64,000 nt of DNA from Yuukianura sp. NJ FZ-2021 (taxonomy: Eukaryota). The stretch's first letter is position 1. Each line of letters opens with the position of its first letter. Shown here in pieces: positions 24,770 to 37,715 of this stretch. The notes beneath the pieces are model-generated. The model saw nothing but the letters and a program-made list of their open reading frames with translations. It ran no database searches and was not told the origin of the DNA. Where the stretch lies: assembly GCA_046563655.1 (NCBI GenBank), contig CM102287.1, forward strand, positions 4,154,001-4,218,000, written 5' to 3'. Position numbers and translations under genes: made by a program.

Positions 24770-25540
24770 GCACTAGTTAAACTTTGTTTCAAAATTTTGA
24801 ACTTTTTTTCAAAATTTTCACATTTTTTTCAAAATTTTGAACTTTTTTCAAAACGTTGAACTTTTTTCAAAATTTTGAACTTTTTTCAAAATTTTGAACT
24901 TTTTTCAAAATTTTGAATTTTTTTCAAAATGTTGAACTTTTTTCAAAATGTTGAACTTTTTTCAAAATTTTGAACTTTTTTCAAAATGTTGAACTTTTTT
25001 CAAAATTTTGAACTTTTTTCAAAATGTTGAGCTTTTTTCAAATTTTGAACTTTTTTCAAAATTTTGAACTTTTTTCAAAATTTTGAACTTTTTTCAAAAT
25101 TTTCACATTTTTTTCAAAATTTTGAACTTTTTTCAAAATTTTCACATTTTTTTCAAAATTTTGAACTTTTTTCAAAATTTTCACATTTTTTTCAAAATTT
25201 TGAACTTTTTTCAAAATTTTCAAAATTTTGAATGTTGAGCTTTTTTCAAATTTTGAACTTTTTTCAAAATTTTGAACTTTTTTCAAAATTTTCACATTTT
25301 TTTCAAAATTTTGAACTTTTTTCAAAATTTTCACATTTTTTTCAAAATTTTGAACTTTTTTCAAAATTTTCACATTTTTTTCAAAATTTTGAACTTTTTT
25401 CAAAATGTTGAACTTTTTTCAAAATTTTGAACTTTTTTCAAAATTTTGAACTTTTTTCAAAATTTTGAACTTTTTTCAAAATTTTGAACTTTTTTCAAAA
25501 TATTGAACTTTTTTCAAAATTTTGAACGTTTTTCAAATCG
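24770..25540. repeat. 19-bp AT-rich minisatellite (TTTTTTCAAAATTTTGAAC)n
   Basis: Tandem units. The same array recurs at ~26460-26920, ~28390-28795 and ~30265-30665. Confidence 0.95.
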
Positions 25541-26305
25541 TTTTGGTTATTCAAATCAACTTGATTTGAGTACAAGTTGTCACATTGTCCACAAGCATAG
25601 ACAGTTCGCATTGGAGCTACAATTGATCCAGGAGTACTGCATACTGGCAGTATAGTACTTCTGCCAGTACTAGTCGACCGCTGCAACATCTGAGCCAGTT
25701 TCGATGATCCGCCTACAGGTACAAACAGTTTCTTGGACATATTCTGTGCTGATGCATGTGATGGGACAGAAGTTGTCACACTTCGAATGTCACTCACATG
25801 GAGTGTCCCAGAAACACTCTGAATTTTGGGAAACGAATCCTGGTGGGAGAGGATGCTGATGCTGCGGAATATCCGGTGGATCGTCTTCCAGAATTTCAAT
25901 CTCCGAATCACCCTGACTTGTTTCCAAAGTACAGTTCGAGTCTGGTATTTGATTCGTGCTGCTGCTGCCCCTGTGAAATCGCAGCCAGTGACGCCTGAAA
26001 GACGAATTGTCGAGAAATATTTTCTTGCAGGCTGTACATTTGAAAATCTGCGGTTTCTGGTTCAGGGACTTAAAAATTTTGCAAACTCGAACCGAGATTT
26101 TCTTGAATAAGCTCGCATCGTGCCCAATGACCATGTGATCATCTAACACCTCATAGTCCAGGAACTCGTCCATACAGAGACAGCATTGGTAGTCACCCGT
26201 TTGTGGATTCATTAGCAGTTCATGGAGACGGAACGACTCGTCATCTTCCGCTTCCGTTGTATCCGAATCCACTATGACTTCGGCAGAATTTTGATTTGGA
26301 GCAAC
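25540..26305 (-). pseudogene. ZF exon 4 copy (internal deletion, 3' truncated by minisatellite)
   Basis: VAPNQNSAEV...CCLC...CTAC, with a frameshifting deletion near 25840. Confidence 0.88.
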
Positions 26306-26919
26306 CTTTAAAAGAATGAAACAGTACTGTTCCTCTCGCCCTATAATGGGACTCTGGAATTGAGGTATATGGTGGATATCAGGTACACGAAGAAACAAAT
26401 CGACGATTTTGTAAATAAAACGTTTTTTTAACCAGCATGATTCATCCATGCACTAGTTAAACTTTGTTTCAAAATTTTGAACTTTTTTCAAAATTTTCAC
26501 ATTTTTTTCAAATTTTTGAACTTTCTTCAAAACGTTGAACTTTTTTCAAAATTTTGAACTTTTTTCAAAACGTTGAACTTTTTTCAAAATTTTGAACTTT
26601 TTTCAAAACGAACTTTTTTCATTATTTTGAACTTTTTTCAAAATTTTGAACTTTTTTCAAAATATTGAACTTTTTCAAAATTTTGAACTTTTTTCAAAAT
26701 TTTGAACTTTTTTCAAAATGTTGAACTTTTTTCAAAATGTTGAACTTTTTTCAAAATGTTGAACTTTTTTCAAAATATTGAACTTTTTCAAAATTTTGAA
26801 CTTTTTTCAAAATTTTGAACTTTTTTCAAAATGTTGAACTTTTTTCAAAATTTTGAACTTTTTTCAAAATGTTGAACTTTTTTCAAAATTTTGAACTTTT
26901 TTCAAAATTTTGAAAAAAG

Positions 26920-28235
26920 TTCTTAATTGTTCAATTAACTTTTAATTAGAATTGAAATTCTAAAATGGGCTAACTATAATTGCGCTGCGCTGTAAACGCT
27001 GATTATTAGAAGAAGTAGAAAAACAAAAGTGAAAACGAAACTGTTCTAAACAAAGAAAAAATTAAGAACGAAGGAATCATAAACAAGTCAAAGGTCAAGG
27101 TCATCATTTTACCTAACAAAATTTACTAAAGTTATGCTTAAGATTAGGTTAGGTTTCGGCTACCATTACTGGGCATGTCAGAAGCGTCCATCACAACAGT
27201 ATCGCTGTCAGTCAATTTCAGCGATTCTGGATCCTCCGATGCTGCCAGCGATGCTTGCTCAGTACTTTCTTCATCATCACTAGTCAAATCCACTACTTGT
27301 GGCGGTCGTTTCGGCACTGTGATTCATACATTTTCCATTGGAATCGTAGCTTTGTCTGAAACATGCTGCGCAAGTAGTTTTGGATCCAGAGGTGTCCAGG
27401 GTCTTAAAGTTTTGCGGCATACGACAACATGGTTATTCAAATCAACTTGATTTGAGTACAAGTTGTCACATTGTCCACAAGCATAGACAGTTCGCATTGG
27501 AGCTACAATTGATCCAGAAGTACTGGATACTGGCAGTATAGTACTTCTGCCAGTACTAGTCGACCGCTGCAACATCTGAGCCAGTTTCGATGATCCGCCA
27601 ATAGGTACAAACAGTTTCTTGGACATATTCTGTGCTGATGCTTGTGCTGGGACAGAAGTTGTCACACTTCGAATGTCACTCACATGGAGTGTCCCAGAAA
27701 CACTCTGAATTTTGGGAAACGAATCCATATCGTCAGTATTTCTTTCGATCTTGGTTTGTGTTGGCACGAGTACTGGTGGGAGAGGATGCTGATGCTGCGG
27801 AATATCCGGTGGATCGTCTTCCAGAATTTCAATGTCCGAGTCACCTTGACTTGTTTCTAAAGTACAGTCCGAGTTAGGCGTTTGATTAGTACTGCTGCTG
27901 CTGTGAAACCGCATCCAGTGACGTCTGAAAGACGAATTGTCCAGAAATATTTTCTTGCAGGCGGTACATTTGAAAATCTGCGGTTTCTGGTTCAGGGACT
28001 TAAAAATTTTGCACACTCGAGCCGAGATTTTCTTGAATAAGCTCGCATCGTGCCTAATGACCATGTGATCATCTAACACCTCATAGTCCAGGAACTCGTC
28101 CATACAGAGACAGCATTGGTAGTCACCCGTTTGTGGATTCATTAGCAGTTCATGGCGACGGAACGACTCGTCATCTTCCGCTTCCGTTGTATCCGAATCC
28201 ACTATGACTTCGGCAGAATTTTGATTTGGAGCAAC
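26920..28235 (-). pseudogene. ZF exon 4 copy plus 3'UTR with a premature stop (CGA>TGA at 27324)
   Basis: Open from the acceptor at 28235 to ...PMENV*; copy A reads PMENVRIT. Confidence 0.85.
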
Positions 28236-30158
28236 CTTTAAAAGAATGAAACAGTACTGTTCCTCTCGCCCTATAATGGGACTCTGGAATTGAGGTATAT
28301 GGTGGATATCGGGTACACGAAGAAACAAATCGACGATTTTGTAAATAAAACGTTTTTTTAACCAGCATGATTCATCCATGCACTAGTTAAACTTTGTTTC
28401 AAAATTTTGAACTTTTGTCAAAATTTTCACATTTTTTTCAAAATTTTGAACTTTTTTCAAAACGTTGAACTTTTTTCAAAATTTTGAACTTTTTTCAAAA
28501 CGAACTTTTTTCATTATTTTGAACTTTTTTCAAAATTTTGAACTTTTTTCAAAATATTGAACTTTTTCAAAATTTTGAACTTTTTTCAAAATATTGAACT
28601 TTTTCAAAATTTTGAACTTTTTTCAAAATTTTGAACTTTTTTCAAAATGTTGAACTTTTTTCAAAATTTTGAACTTTTTTCAAAATTTTGAACTTTTTTC
28701 AAAATGTTGAACTTTTTTCAAAATTTTGAACTTTTTTCAAAATGTTGAACTTTTTTCAAAATTTTGAACTTTTTTCAAAATTTTGAAAAAAGTTCTTAAT
28801 TGTTCAATTAACTTTTAATTAGAATTGAAATTCTAAAATGGGCTAACTATAATTGCGCTGCGTTGTAAACGCTGATTATTAGAAGAAGTAGAAAAACAAA
28901 AGTGAAAACGAAACTGTTCTAAACAAAGAAAAAATTAAGAACGAAGGAATCATAAACAAGTCAAAGGTCAAGGTCATCATTTTACCTAACAAAATTTACT
29001 AAAGTTATGCTTAAGATTAGGTTAGGTTTCGGCTACCATTACTGGGCATGTCAGAAGCGTCCATCACAACAGTATCGCTGTCAGTCGATTTCAGCGATTC
29101 TGGATCCTCCGATGCTGCCAGCGATGCTTGCTCAGTACTTTCTTCATCATCACTAGTCAAATCCACTACTTGTGGCGGTCGTTTCGGCACTGTGATTCAT
29201 ACATTTTCCATTGGAATCGTAGCTTTGTCTGAAACATGCTGCGCAAGTAGTTTTGGATCCAGAGGTGTCCAGGGTCTTAAAGTTTTGCGGCATACGACAA
29301 CATGGTTATTCAAATCAACTTGATTTGAGTACAAGTTGTCACATTGTCCACAAGCATAGACAGTTCGCATTGGAGCTACAATTGATCCAGAAGTACTGGA
29401 TACTGGCAGTATAGTACTTCTGCCAGTACTAGTCGACCGCTGCAACATCTGAGCCAGTTTCGATGATCCGCCTACAGGTACAAACAGTTTCTTGGACATA
29501 TTCTGTGCTGATGCATGTGATGGGACAGAAGTTGTACACTTCGAATGTCACTCACATGGAGTGTCCCAGAAACACTCTGAATTTTGGGAAACGAATCCAT
29601 ATCGTCAGTATTTCTTTCGATCTTGGTTTGTGTTGGCACGAGTACTGGTGGGAGAGGATGCTGATGCTGCGGAATATCGTGGATCGTCTTCCAGAATTTC
29701 AATCTCCGAATCACCCTGACTTGTTTCCAAAGTACAGTTCGAGTCTGGCATTTGATTCGTGCTGCTGCTGCCCCTGTGAAATCGCAGCCAGTGACGCCTG
29801 AAAGACGAATTGTCGAGAAATATTTTCTTGCAGGCTGTACATTTGAAAATCTGCGGTTTCTGGTTCAGGGACTTAAAAATTTTGTAAACTCGAACCGAGA
29901 TTTTCTTGAATAAGCTCGCATCGTGCCTAATGACCATGTGATCATCTAACACCTCATAGTCCAGGAACTCGTCCATACAGAGACAGCATTGGTAGTCACC
30001 CGTTTGTGGATTCATTAGCAGTTCATGGAGACGGAACGACTCGTCATCTTCCGCTTCCGTTGTATCCGAATCCACTATGACTTCGGCAGAATTTTGATTT
30101 GGAGCAACCTTTAAAAGAATGAAACAGTACTGTTCCTCTCGCCCTGTAATGGGACTCT

Positions 30159-30771
30159 GGAATTGAGGTATATGGTGGATATCAGATACACGAATAACCA
30201 AATCGACGATTTTGTAAATAAAACGTTTTTTTAACCAGCATGATTCATCCATGCACTAGTTAAACTTTGTTTCAAAATTTTCACTTTTTTTTCAAAATTT
30301 TGAACTTTTCACAAAACGTTGAACTTTTTTCAGTGTTGAGCTTTTTTCAAAATGTTGAACTTCAAAATGTTGAAGTTCAAAATTTTGAAAAAAGTTCAAA
30401 ATTTTGAAAAAAGTTCAAAATTTTGAAAAAAGTTCAAAATTTTGAAAAAAAGTTCAAAATTTTGAAAAAGTTCAACATTTTGAAAAAAGTTCAAAATTTT
30501 GAAAAAAGTTCAAAATTTTGAAAAAAAGTTCAACATTTTGAAAAAAAGTTCAAAATTTTGAAAAAAGTTCAACATTTTGAAAAAAGTTGAACATTTTGAA
30601 AAAAGTTCAAAATTTTGAAAAAAAATGTGAAAATTTTGAAAAAAGTTCAAAATTTTGAAACAAAGTTTAACTAGTGCATGGATGAATCATGCTGGTTAAA
30701 AAAACGTTTTATTTACAAAATCGTCGATTTGGTTTTTCGTGTACCTGATATCCACCATATTCCTCAATTCC
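30159..30771. mobile_element. Foldback-type element: unique ~110-bp TIR ends (GGAATTGAGG...) plus inverted 19-bp minisatellite
   Basis: GGAATTGAGG at 30159 is mirrored by CCTCAATTCC ending at 30771, and the array polarity switches near 30365. No clear TSD. Confidence 0.7.
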
Positions 30772-30879
30772 TCTCACGTTGAAGTAAATCCGTCGCTTCT
30801 ACATCTACCCTCAAATCAAAACGCTTTTTCGGTCAACTCAAAAAGGAATTCCAAATTTCAAGACTAAAAATTTAGAAGG

Positions 30880-31657
30880 AAAATTTGTCTGTTTAAGAAG
30901 CAGAATTCCAAAGTTCAAAAAGCTAAAAATTTAATAAGAAAATTTGTCTGTTTAACAAGCAGAATTCCAAAGTTCAAAAAGCTAAAAATTTAATAAGAAA
31001 ATTTGCCTGTTTAACAAGCAGAATTATTCCAAAGTTCAAAAAGCTAAAAATTTAATAAGAAAATTTGTGTTTAACAAGCAGAATTCCAAAGTTCAAAAGC
31101 TAAAAATTTAATAAGAAAATTTGTCTGTTTAACAAGCAGAATTCCAAAGTTCAAAAAGCTAAAAATTTAATAAGAAAATTTGTCTGTTTAACAAGCAGAA
31201 TTCCAAAGTTCAAAAAGCTAAAAATTTAATAAGAAAATTTGCCTGTTTAACAAGCAGAATTATTCCAAAGTTCAAAAAGCTAAAAATTTAATAAGAAAAT
31301 TTGTGTTTAACAAGCAGAATTCCAAAGTTCAAAAGCTAAAAATTTAATAAGAAAATTTGTCTGTTTAACAAGCAGAATTCCAAAGTTCAAAAAGCTAAAA
31401 ATTTAATAAGAAAATTTACCTGTTTAACAAGCAGAATTATTCCAAAGTTCAAAAAGCTAAAAATTTAATAAGAAAATTTGTCTGTTTAACAAGCAGAATT
31501 CCAAAGTTCAAAAGCTAAAAATTTAATAAGAAAATTTGTCTGTTTAACAAGCAGAATTCCAAAGTTCAAAAAGCTAAAAATTTAATAAGAAAATTTACCT
31601 GTTTAACAAGCAGAATTATTCCAAAGTTCAAAAAGCTAAAAATTTAATAGGAAATTT
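30880..31657. repeat. ~59-bp minisatellite, ~13 units, in ZF copy B intron 3
   Basis: Unit AAGCAGAATTCCAAAGTTCAAAAAGCTAAAAATTTAATAAGAAAATTTGTCTGTTTAAC. Confidence 0.95.
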
Positions 31658-34600
31658 CGTTTGTAAGTGAAAGTGTTAAGTGTGAGTTTGGTTTACTTCA
31701 ACCAAATACGTTTCTACGCGTCAAAAACAAGTCAGCAACTGCACAGGGAAAAAATGCAGTATAATCAAGTTAGTGATGGCGTACCTGAACAAACACCAAG
31801 CGTTCTCCAGTTTCTGGAAGCGGAGTAGACAAGACGATTGATGGAACAGGACGAGCTTTTGCTGACTGATTAATTTCTCTGACACGAGTCATGTGACCTC
31901 TTGACTTCTGATGTGACGATAACGAAGCTTTTTTCTTAAAAGGCATCATACACATGAGACAATCAAATTTGGATTCACCAACGTGACCCCGTCGATGTAG
32001 CTCCAGCCCACTCCTACTTCCGTACAGTTTGTGACAGATTGTACATAAAAACTGTTGATGAATTTGGAGAACATGGAGTTCCAGTTTGGGCAAACTGTGT
32101 TGTCCACTGGAACAAATGTCACAGATGAAATTCCGATGTTGGCATTCCACTTCACAGTCTAAGTTGACTTCAGTTTCTGCCGCCCGCATTTCATGATCGC
32201 ATTGTTGTACTTTGAGTACTTTGAGTGGTTCACTGTCTCCATGTCGAGCAAAGTGAGAAGCGTTGTGAAGTAATTTGATACAAGGTCGACAGAAATGCTC
32301 ATGGTCGGGATGATCACTGAGCAAATGGATTTCATGAGCTGCTTGAGACGTCGAGCACAAGTTGCAGGCTATACATAGAATCATGTTGTGTACAGTGAGC
32401 ATGTGATTTTCTAGACCAAAAGTGCCGCAACAGACATGTGCACATATATCGCATATTTTGGATTCTATGTTGTATCGTGGCGGATCTCGACAAATCCGGA
32501 ACGAAACTCCAGTTTGTGCTGGAACTGGAAGTTGGACTGGCCTTGGAGGAATAGTTGAAATGGGCAGAAGCGTAGATGCTGAATCATCGCTGGAACTGTT
32601 GGAAGTTGATTGTGGCGATCCGACACTGATTGACGTCGATTCGACATTACGCAATTTTTGAACAGGAGCAACCGACTGAATCGGTTTAGGTTTCGACACT
32701 ACTTGACTAATAATCGGAACTTCAGAAACGTCAGACTCTGGTTCTCCTTGGAGTTGTCCTTCGGCAGCGGGCGCTGAGGCTGATTGGAAGAAAAAAAATT
32801 GAACATTAAAAACTGACTTTTTCCAAAAAATTTGATTAAAAATACAATGTTACTTACCAGCTGATTCTTCTTCTTCGTTAGAAGCATCTCTACCCAAAAA
32901 TTGCTTTGGCCCAAGTGCTCTGTCCACCATCATCCGTCGTTTGCTCGGCTTGGGTTTGTCCTTGACGTTCCACTTCAATTCCAGTTTTCGTCTTCGTTGG
33001 ATCTGTTTCCTCGTCACTTCATCAGAATGTAACCACTCATGTTGCAAATAGGTTGACATTTTCTTAAACTTGGCACCACACATGGGACAGGCATACTTGA
33101 ATCCAAGCAGTAAATCTTCACTTCCGTCGGTCAGTCTTAGAGGCATAGTCGGATCTCGTGCTGCTGGTACCGATTCTGGCAACTCTTCTAAAGTCGGTTC
33201 TCCTAGAGGTGGAGCAATCTGTCCAGCAAGTGACGAACCGGTACCGATATTGGTATCTCGGTCTGGCTCTACTTCTTCTCGTACCGTCGGAACAGTTGGG
33301 ACGATTTCTTCTACTCGTTGGTTCGGTCTAACTGGATCTGACTGCGGTAGAACCGGTTCTGGAACCTGTATCGTTACTGGAATCGGTATCGGTACCCTGA
33401 CAACTGGAGCTTCAGCGACCACGTCTTCCTTTCTAGCATGTTCCTTGTTCCGATGAAACTGAAGACTTTGTGAAGACTCAAATCGCTGAGAACAATTTGG
33501 ATGCATACAGATATACAGTTTTCGAATTCTGGCTGAATGTGACTCTCTTCGATGAGCGAGAAGGTGCATCTTGGATCCAAGTACACGCGGGCAGAATTCG
33601 CATTTGAAACGTCCTGGACGATCACTGAGCGGCTCCGAATCTTTGGGCTTGTCACCAACTCCATCTTCATAGTTGAGAGTAAGCATGGCTTTGGGGACTC
33701 CAGGAACACCAGCATTTGGGTCTGGTCCATCCAGTAAGTCCAAAAGGGAACCCATATCTAAAATGCTACATTTGACACCGTTTGTCATGTCAAATGGAAT
33801 TACACTTTCAGAGGGGTCAATTATAGGTGGTGACACTTCATCTACTTCGAACATGTCGGCCAATGGATACGCTTCGTCTTCATCTTTTGGTCCTCGCTCA
33901 CCAACTTTCAGGAGCATTGGAGTGATTACTTCGTCTTCTTCTGGTGGTTCAAACGTTTCGTCAACGATTTCTTGCTTGACAGGTCCTAGTTCAATGATTC
34001 CATTTCGGACATAAAGTGGTCCAGCAGCTTGATAAGTTTGAACCGGTTCGGGATTTTGAAGTACCGGTTCGACAGTGACGTGCAATGGCTCGGTTGTTTC
34101 TGATACAAACGGAGAAGGTGGTTCGCGAATTTGATCTTTCCGGACTGGTCGAATATGTTTCCTGGCAACTGCAATTTGTCTTCTTAGAAGATCTCTAGTA
34201 TTTTTGTCCAGAAGATCCGCCGAGAGAGATCCTCTTGCAAGAGAGTGTTTCTGAGACATGTGTCTTGATTGGCCATTGGGTTTTTTGAACCTCGCTTGAC
34301 AAAATTGACAAACGTAGTCCATACGTTCAGGGATAAACGGTGACAGTTTGGTTTTGTTACTGTGAAAGGCTTCGTGAGCTTCAAGTTGCATAGGATTTGC
34401 AAAAAATCTGGAACAGTAGTTGCATTTGGTGCGTTGTGGTTCTTGAGGATGGACTTTTTCCATATGACTTTTGAGGGCATCTTCATCTTCAAAGGACGAT
34501 TTGCATGGACGACAACGAAATGTTAGTTTTGGTGTAGAAGTTCCTGGCTTTACATCGTGTTCTTCAGAAGACTCCGATTTTTGATCTTCTGACTCCGATT

Positions 34601-35764
34601 CGGAATCAGAACCAACTAATTTTGTCTCCTTCTCCGTTTCTGTTTTTCCTGATAAGCTCTTGGCAAGATTTACTTCAAACTGGCGCAACGATTCACGAAA
34701 CTCTTCCAAATCGTTTACTCGAGTCAAGCAAATTCTTGGTTCCTTGATTTCAACTTCTTTGGCAAAATCAGAAAGGTCTCTGATTGTAAAACAAAAAATT
34801 AAAAAAAAAACACAAAAATATTCACAATGTTCTGAAGTGACGTTTGACCTTACCCTGTAGGTAAATTATCGAGAGATTCTGGTGGTGCTGCAGAAGAAAT
34901 ATTGGCAGTCTGTGATGGTGAACTTGTTCTGGGAGACTTTCTCGTTGTAAAAAGCTTCTTCTTTCGTCTTCGTTTCCGATTACTGCTTTGTTTATTTGAA
35001 CTAGTAGGAGATTGGTTCTTCCCGTCCTCTGAGTCTGATTCCGAACCAAACTGGTCCTGGCCAGCATCCGCCAATGAAGATACTTCTGGAACCAGAACAG
35101 GCATCTCCGGCGTACTGTTTTGTTTGACACGACTTTTGTCAGTAGCCTTGTCTTCGTCATCTTCTGATGAAGAAATCATATCTTCGACGTAACTCATTCG
35201 CCCCCTCTTGCGACGGCCCCGAGCACAGTCTACAGGAATCTCGTTTGCATTTGAGGTGCTGTTGTTCACTACTTTCCTAGGAATCTCCGGAGACTTTGTG
35301 GAATTGTCTGAATCGCTGCTAGAATTTGCCCCTTGGACTGAAGTAACTTTTGATCCTGTTGGTTTCACGTTATCGGTGTTTGCTTTCGTATTTGTAGTCG
35401 GGGTTGGGCTGGAATTGGTCTTTGACTTTGGCTTTCTCCGCCTTCTTGTTCCAGTCCAACTTGTACTCCATCTTGTTTTGCCCATCGTGGTTATTATTCG
35501 AAAAAGAGGTGAGTGAAAGTCGACCTGTACTCGGAATTGTACTCGACGAGGCCTTCAATTTATTCTCATTAAAATATGGATCGGAATATGAAGTAGAACT
35601 GAGAGACCGAGATATGGCACCTCGAGTTCGAGTACCCCCACTCCGGGCCCGGACGACCGTGACCGTGCTGAAAACGACAAATTAAAAATTACCATTTGAC
35701 CACGATTATCAACCGGTACAGCTGATTTACAGATTTTTTAGATTATCGACCGGGTTAACCACCG

Positions 35765-36122
35765 GGTTAGATTATCGTTTCTGGGGCAGTGAAAATTTTT
35801 CTAAGTTTTTTGCTAAAAATTTTCGAAATTTTTTTTTTTCGATTTTTTCACTCTTTATTATGTTTCAAACGTTTTTAGAACGTTTGGAGCAAACAAAATT
35901 TTTGACCCCAAGGGTTCCCCCTTCTCATTTTTTTGAGAATCGGGACTCGAAAATTTTCCAAGTACAAAAACTGAAGCGGTCACCCCTGACAACCACAAAA
36001 ATGACCCTTACAAAAGTTGTTCAGAATCTTAAGTGGAGTATTTTTTATCCTATAGACTATGACCCTACGACCACTCGTTCAGGTCAGAGGTCAACGGAAA
36101 GACGAATTGGGGAAATGTTTGC
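35765..36122. mobile_element. Single diverged arm of the 10064-10754 foldback family
   Basis: GGTTAGATTATCGTT... is collinear with 10064-10420. Confidence 0.75.
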
Positions 36123-36142
36123 GTTATTATTATATATGTATT

Positions 36143-36583
36143 TTATAATTTAAGGTTTAAAATATAAAACCTATAATGGATTTTAACGCTTCACTTTTCT
36201 GCCTTAAGCTTTTTAGGAAGTCAAAAAAAACGTTTTTTCCCCCCACAAAAATTAAATTTTATATTTTTATTCTTAAATTACAAAGCCCCCTTTATAATCT
36301 AAGGTTTAAAATATAAAACCTATAATGGATTTTAACGCTTCACTTTTCTGCCTTAAGCTTTTTAGAAAGTCAAAAAAAAACGTTTTTTCCCCCCACAAAA
36401 ATTAAATTTTATATTTTTATTCTTAAATTACAAAGCCCCCTTTATAATCTAAGGTTTAAAATATAAAACCTATAATGGATTTTAATGCTTCACTTTTCTG
36501 CTTTAAGCTTTTTAGAAAGTCAAAAAAAACGTTTTTTCCCCCCATAAAAGTTAAATTTTATACTTTTATTCTTAAATTACAAA
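36143..36583. repeat. ~149-bp tandem repeat x3
   Basis: AAGGTTTAAAATATAAAACC recurs at 36152, 36301 and 36451. Confidence 0.92.
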
Positions 36584-36852
36584 TATGTTATTCCCATATG
36601 TTATTGGGGAAATGAAAGGTTCCAAATTGCCATTTTTAAAAAAAGATGTCGCAACAAATCGTAGTTACGCAATTAAACAAAAAAAAGTTTATTTTTTTTA
36701 TTTATCGAAACACTTTACTAAATTAAAAAAATAATCCTTAGAAAAATTTCATTAAAACTTAGAATTTGTTGTTGTGTGGAGTCGCAGCCTAATAAGAAAA
36801 ATTTTGTTTTGTGCATTACAATAACTTTTAACTATCAGAATGGTTGAGGAAT

Positions 36853-37715
36853 AAACCGGTTGTAAACCGCCCATAATGATAATAGCTCAGAAATTAGGGG
36901 TTGCCGCCCAGGGGTGGGGGTATCCCCCCACTTTTCCGCTCCCCAGGGGGAGTGGGGGTGTGTTCCCCCCTCTTTCCCGCCCCCCCCCCGGTGGAGTGGG
37001 GTGGCTTCCCCCCACTTTTTTGCTCCGCACCCCAGGTGGCGTGGGAATGGGTTCCCCCTACTTTTTAGCTCCACACCCCAGGAGGCGTTGGGGTGTGTTC
37101 CCCGGGGGAGAGGGAGTGTGTTCCCCGGGGGAGGGGCGTGGGCTCCCCCGGTGGTGTGAGTGTGGGTCACCCGGGGTGTGTGACGGTGGGTCACCCGGGG
37201 TGTGTGACGGTGGGTCACCCGGGGGTGACGGTGGGTCACCAGGGGTGTGTGACGGTGGGTCACCCGGGGGTGACGGTGGGACACCAGGGGTGACGGTGGA
37301 TCACCCGGAGCTGTGGGGTGGGTTCCTTCCGCTTCCCAGCTAGCTGGACGTTAATATGAAAAAAAAGTTGACCTTTGACCCGGAAGCAGGTCACTTGGGG
37401 TCATGTGATCTACACAAAAGTTGTTGGTCTCGACGAGATGAACAACTTTTGTAGAGGTCATTTTACGGGTTACCGGGGATAAAACCGGTTGACCTTGACC
37501 TTTGACCCGGAAGGAGTTGACACACGGGGGTCATATTCAATAGTGAATAGGTCCGGGTCATGGCATGGTCACTGGTGAAAACCCGGTTGAAATTGGTCCA
37601 CCAGTTCCGGAGATAATCGTTCTAATGTTTTCCGGGACAGACGGACAGACGGACGGACAGACGGACAGACGGACAGACAAACTACTTTTATAATAATAGC
37701 TTCGCTATTATAATA
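36853..37715 (-). mobile_element. Helentron-associated (HINE/DINE-1-like) non-autonomous element
   Basis: 5' hairpin ATAATAGC-TTC-GCTATTAT, (GTCY)n microsatellite, GC-rich central tandem repeats, subterminal IR and 3' stem-loop CGGTT-TAC-AACCG followed by TTT. No TSD; empty site at ~9395. Confidence 0.75.

Larger units (their letters stand above)
28795..35485 (-). pseudogene. ZF gene copy B (inverted); exons 35485-34854, 34779-32858 and 32779-31785 open, exon 4 from 30108 frameshifted (~29680, stop 29605)
   Basis: ORFs 34850-35485, 32850-34727 and 31770-32699 are homologous to copy A with conserved splice sites. May encode a C-terminally truncated protein. Confidence 0.8.

Noticed and set aside
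25056..25403. ORF of repeated KKVQNFEKNVKIL
   Set aside because: Translation of the 19-bp minisatellite.
36835..37343. Pro/Gly/His-rich ORFs
   Set aside because: They arise from GC-rich tandem repeats inside the HINE-like element.
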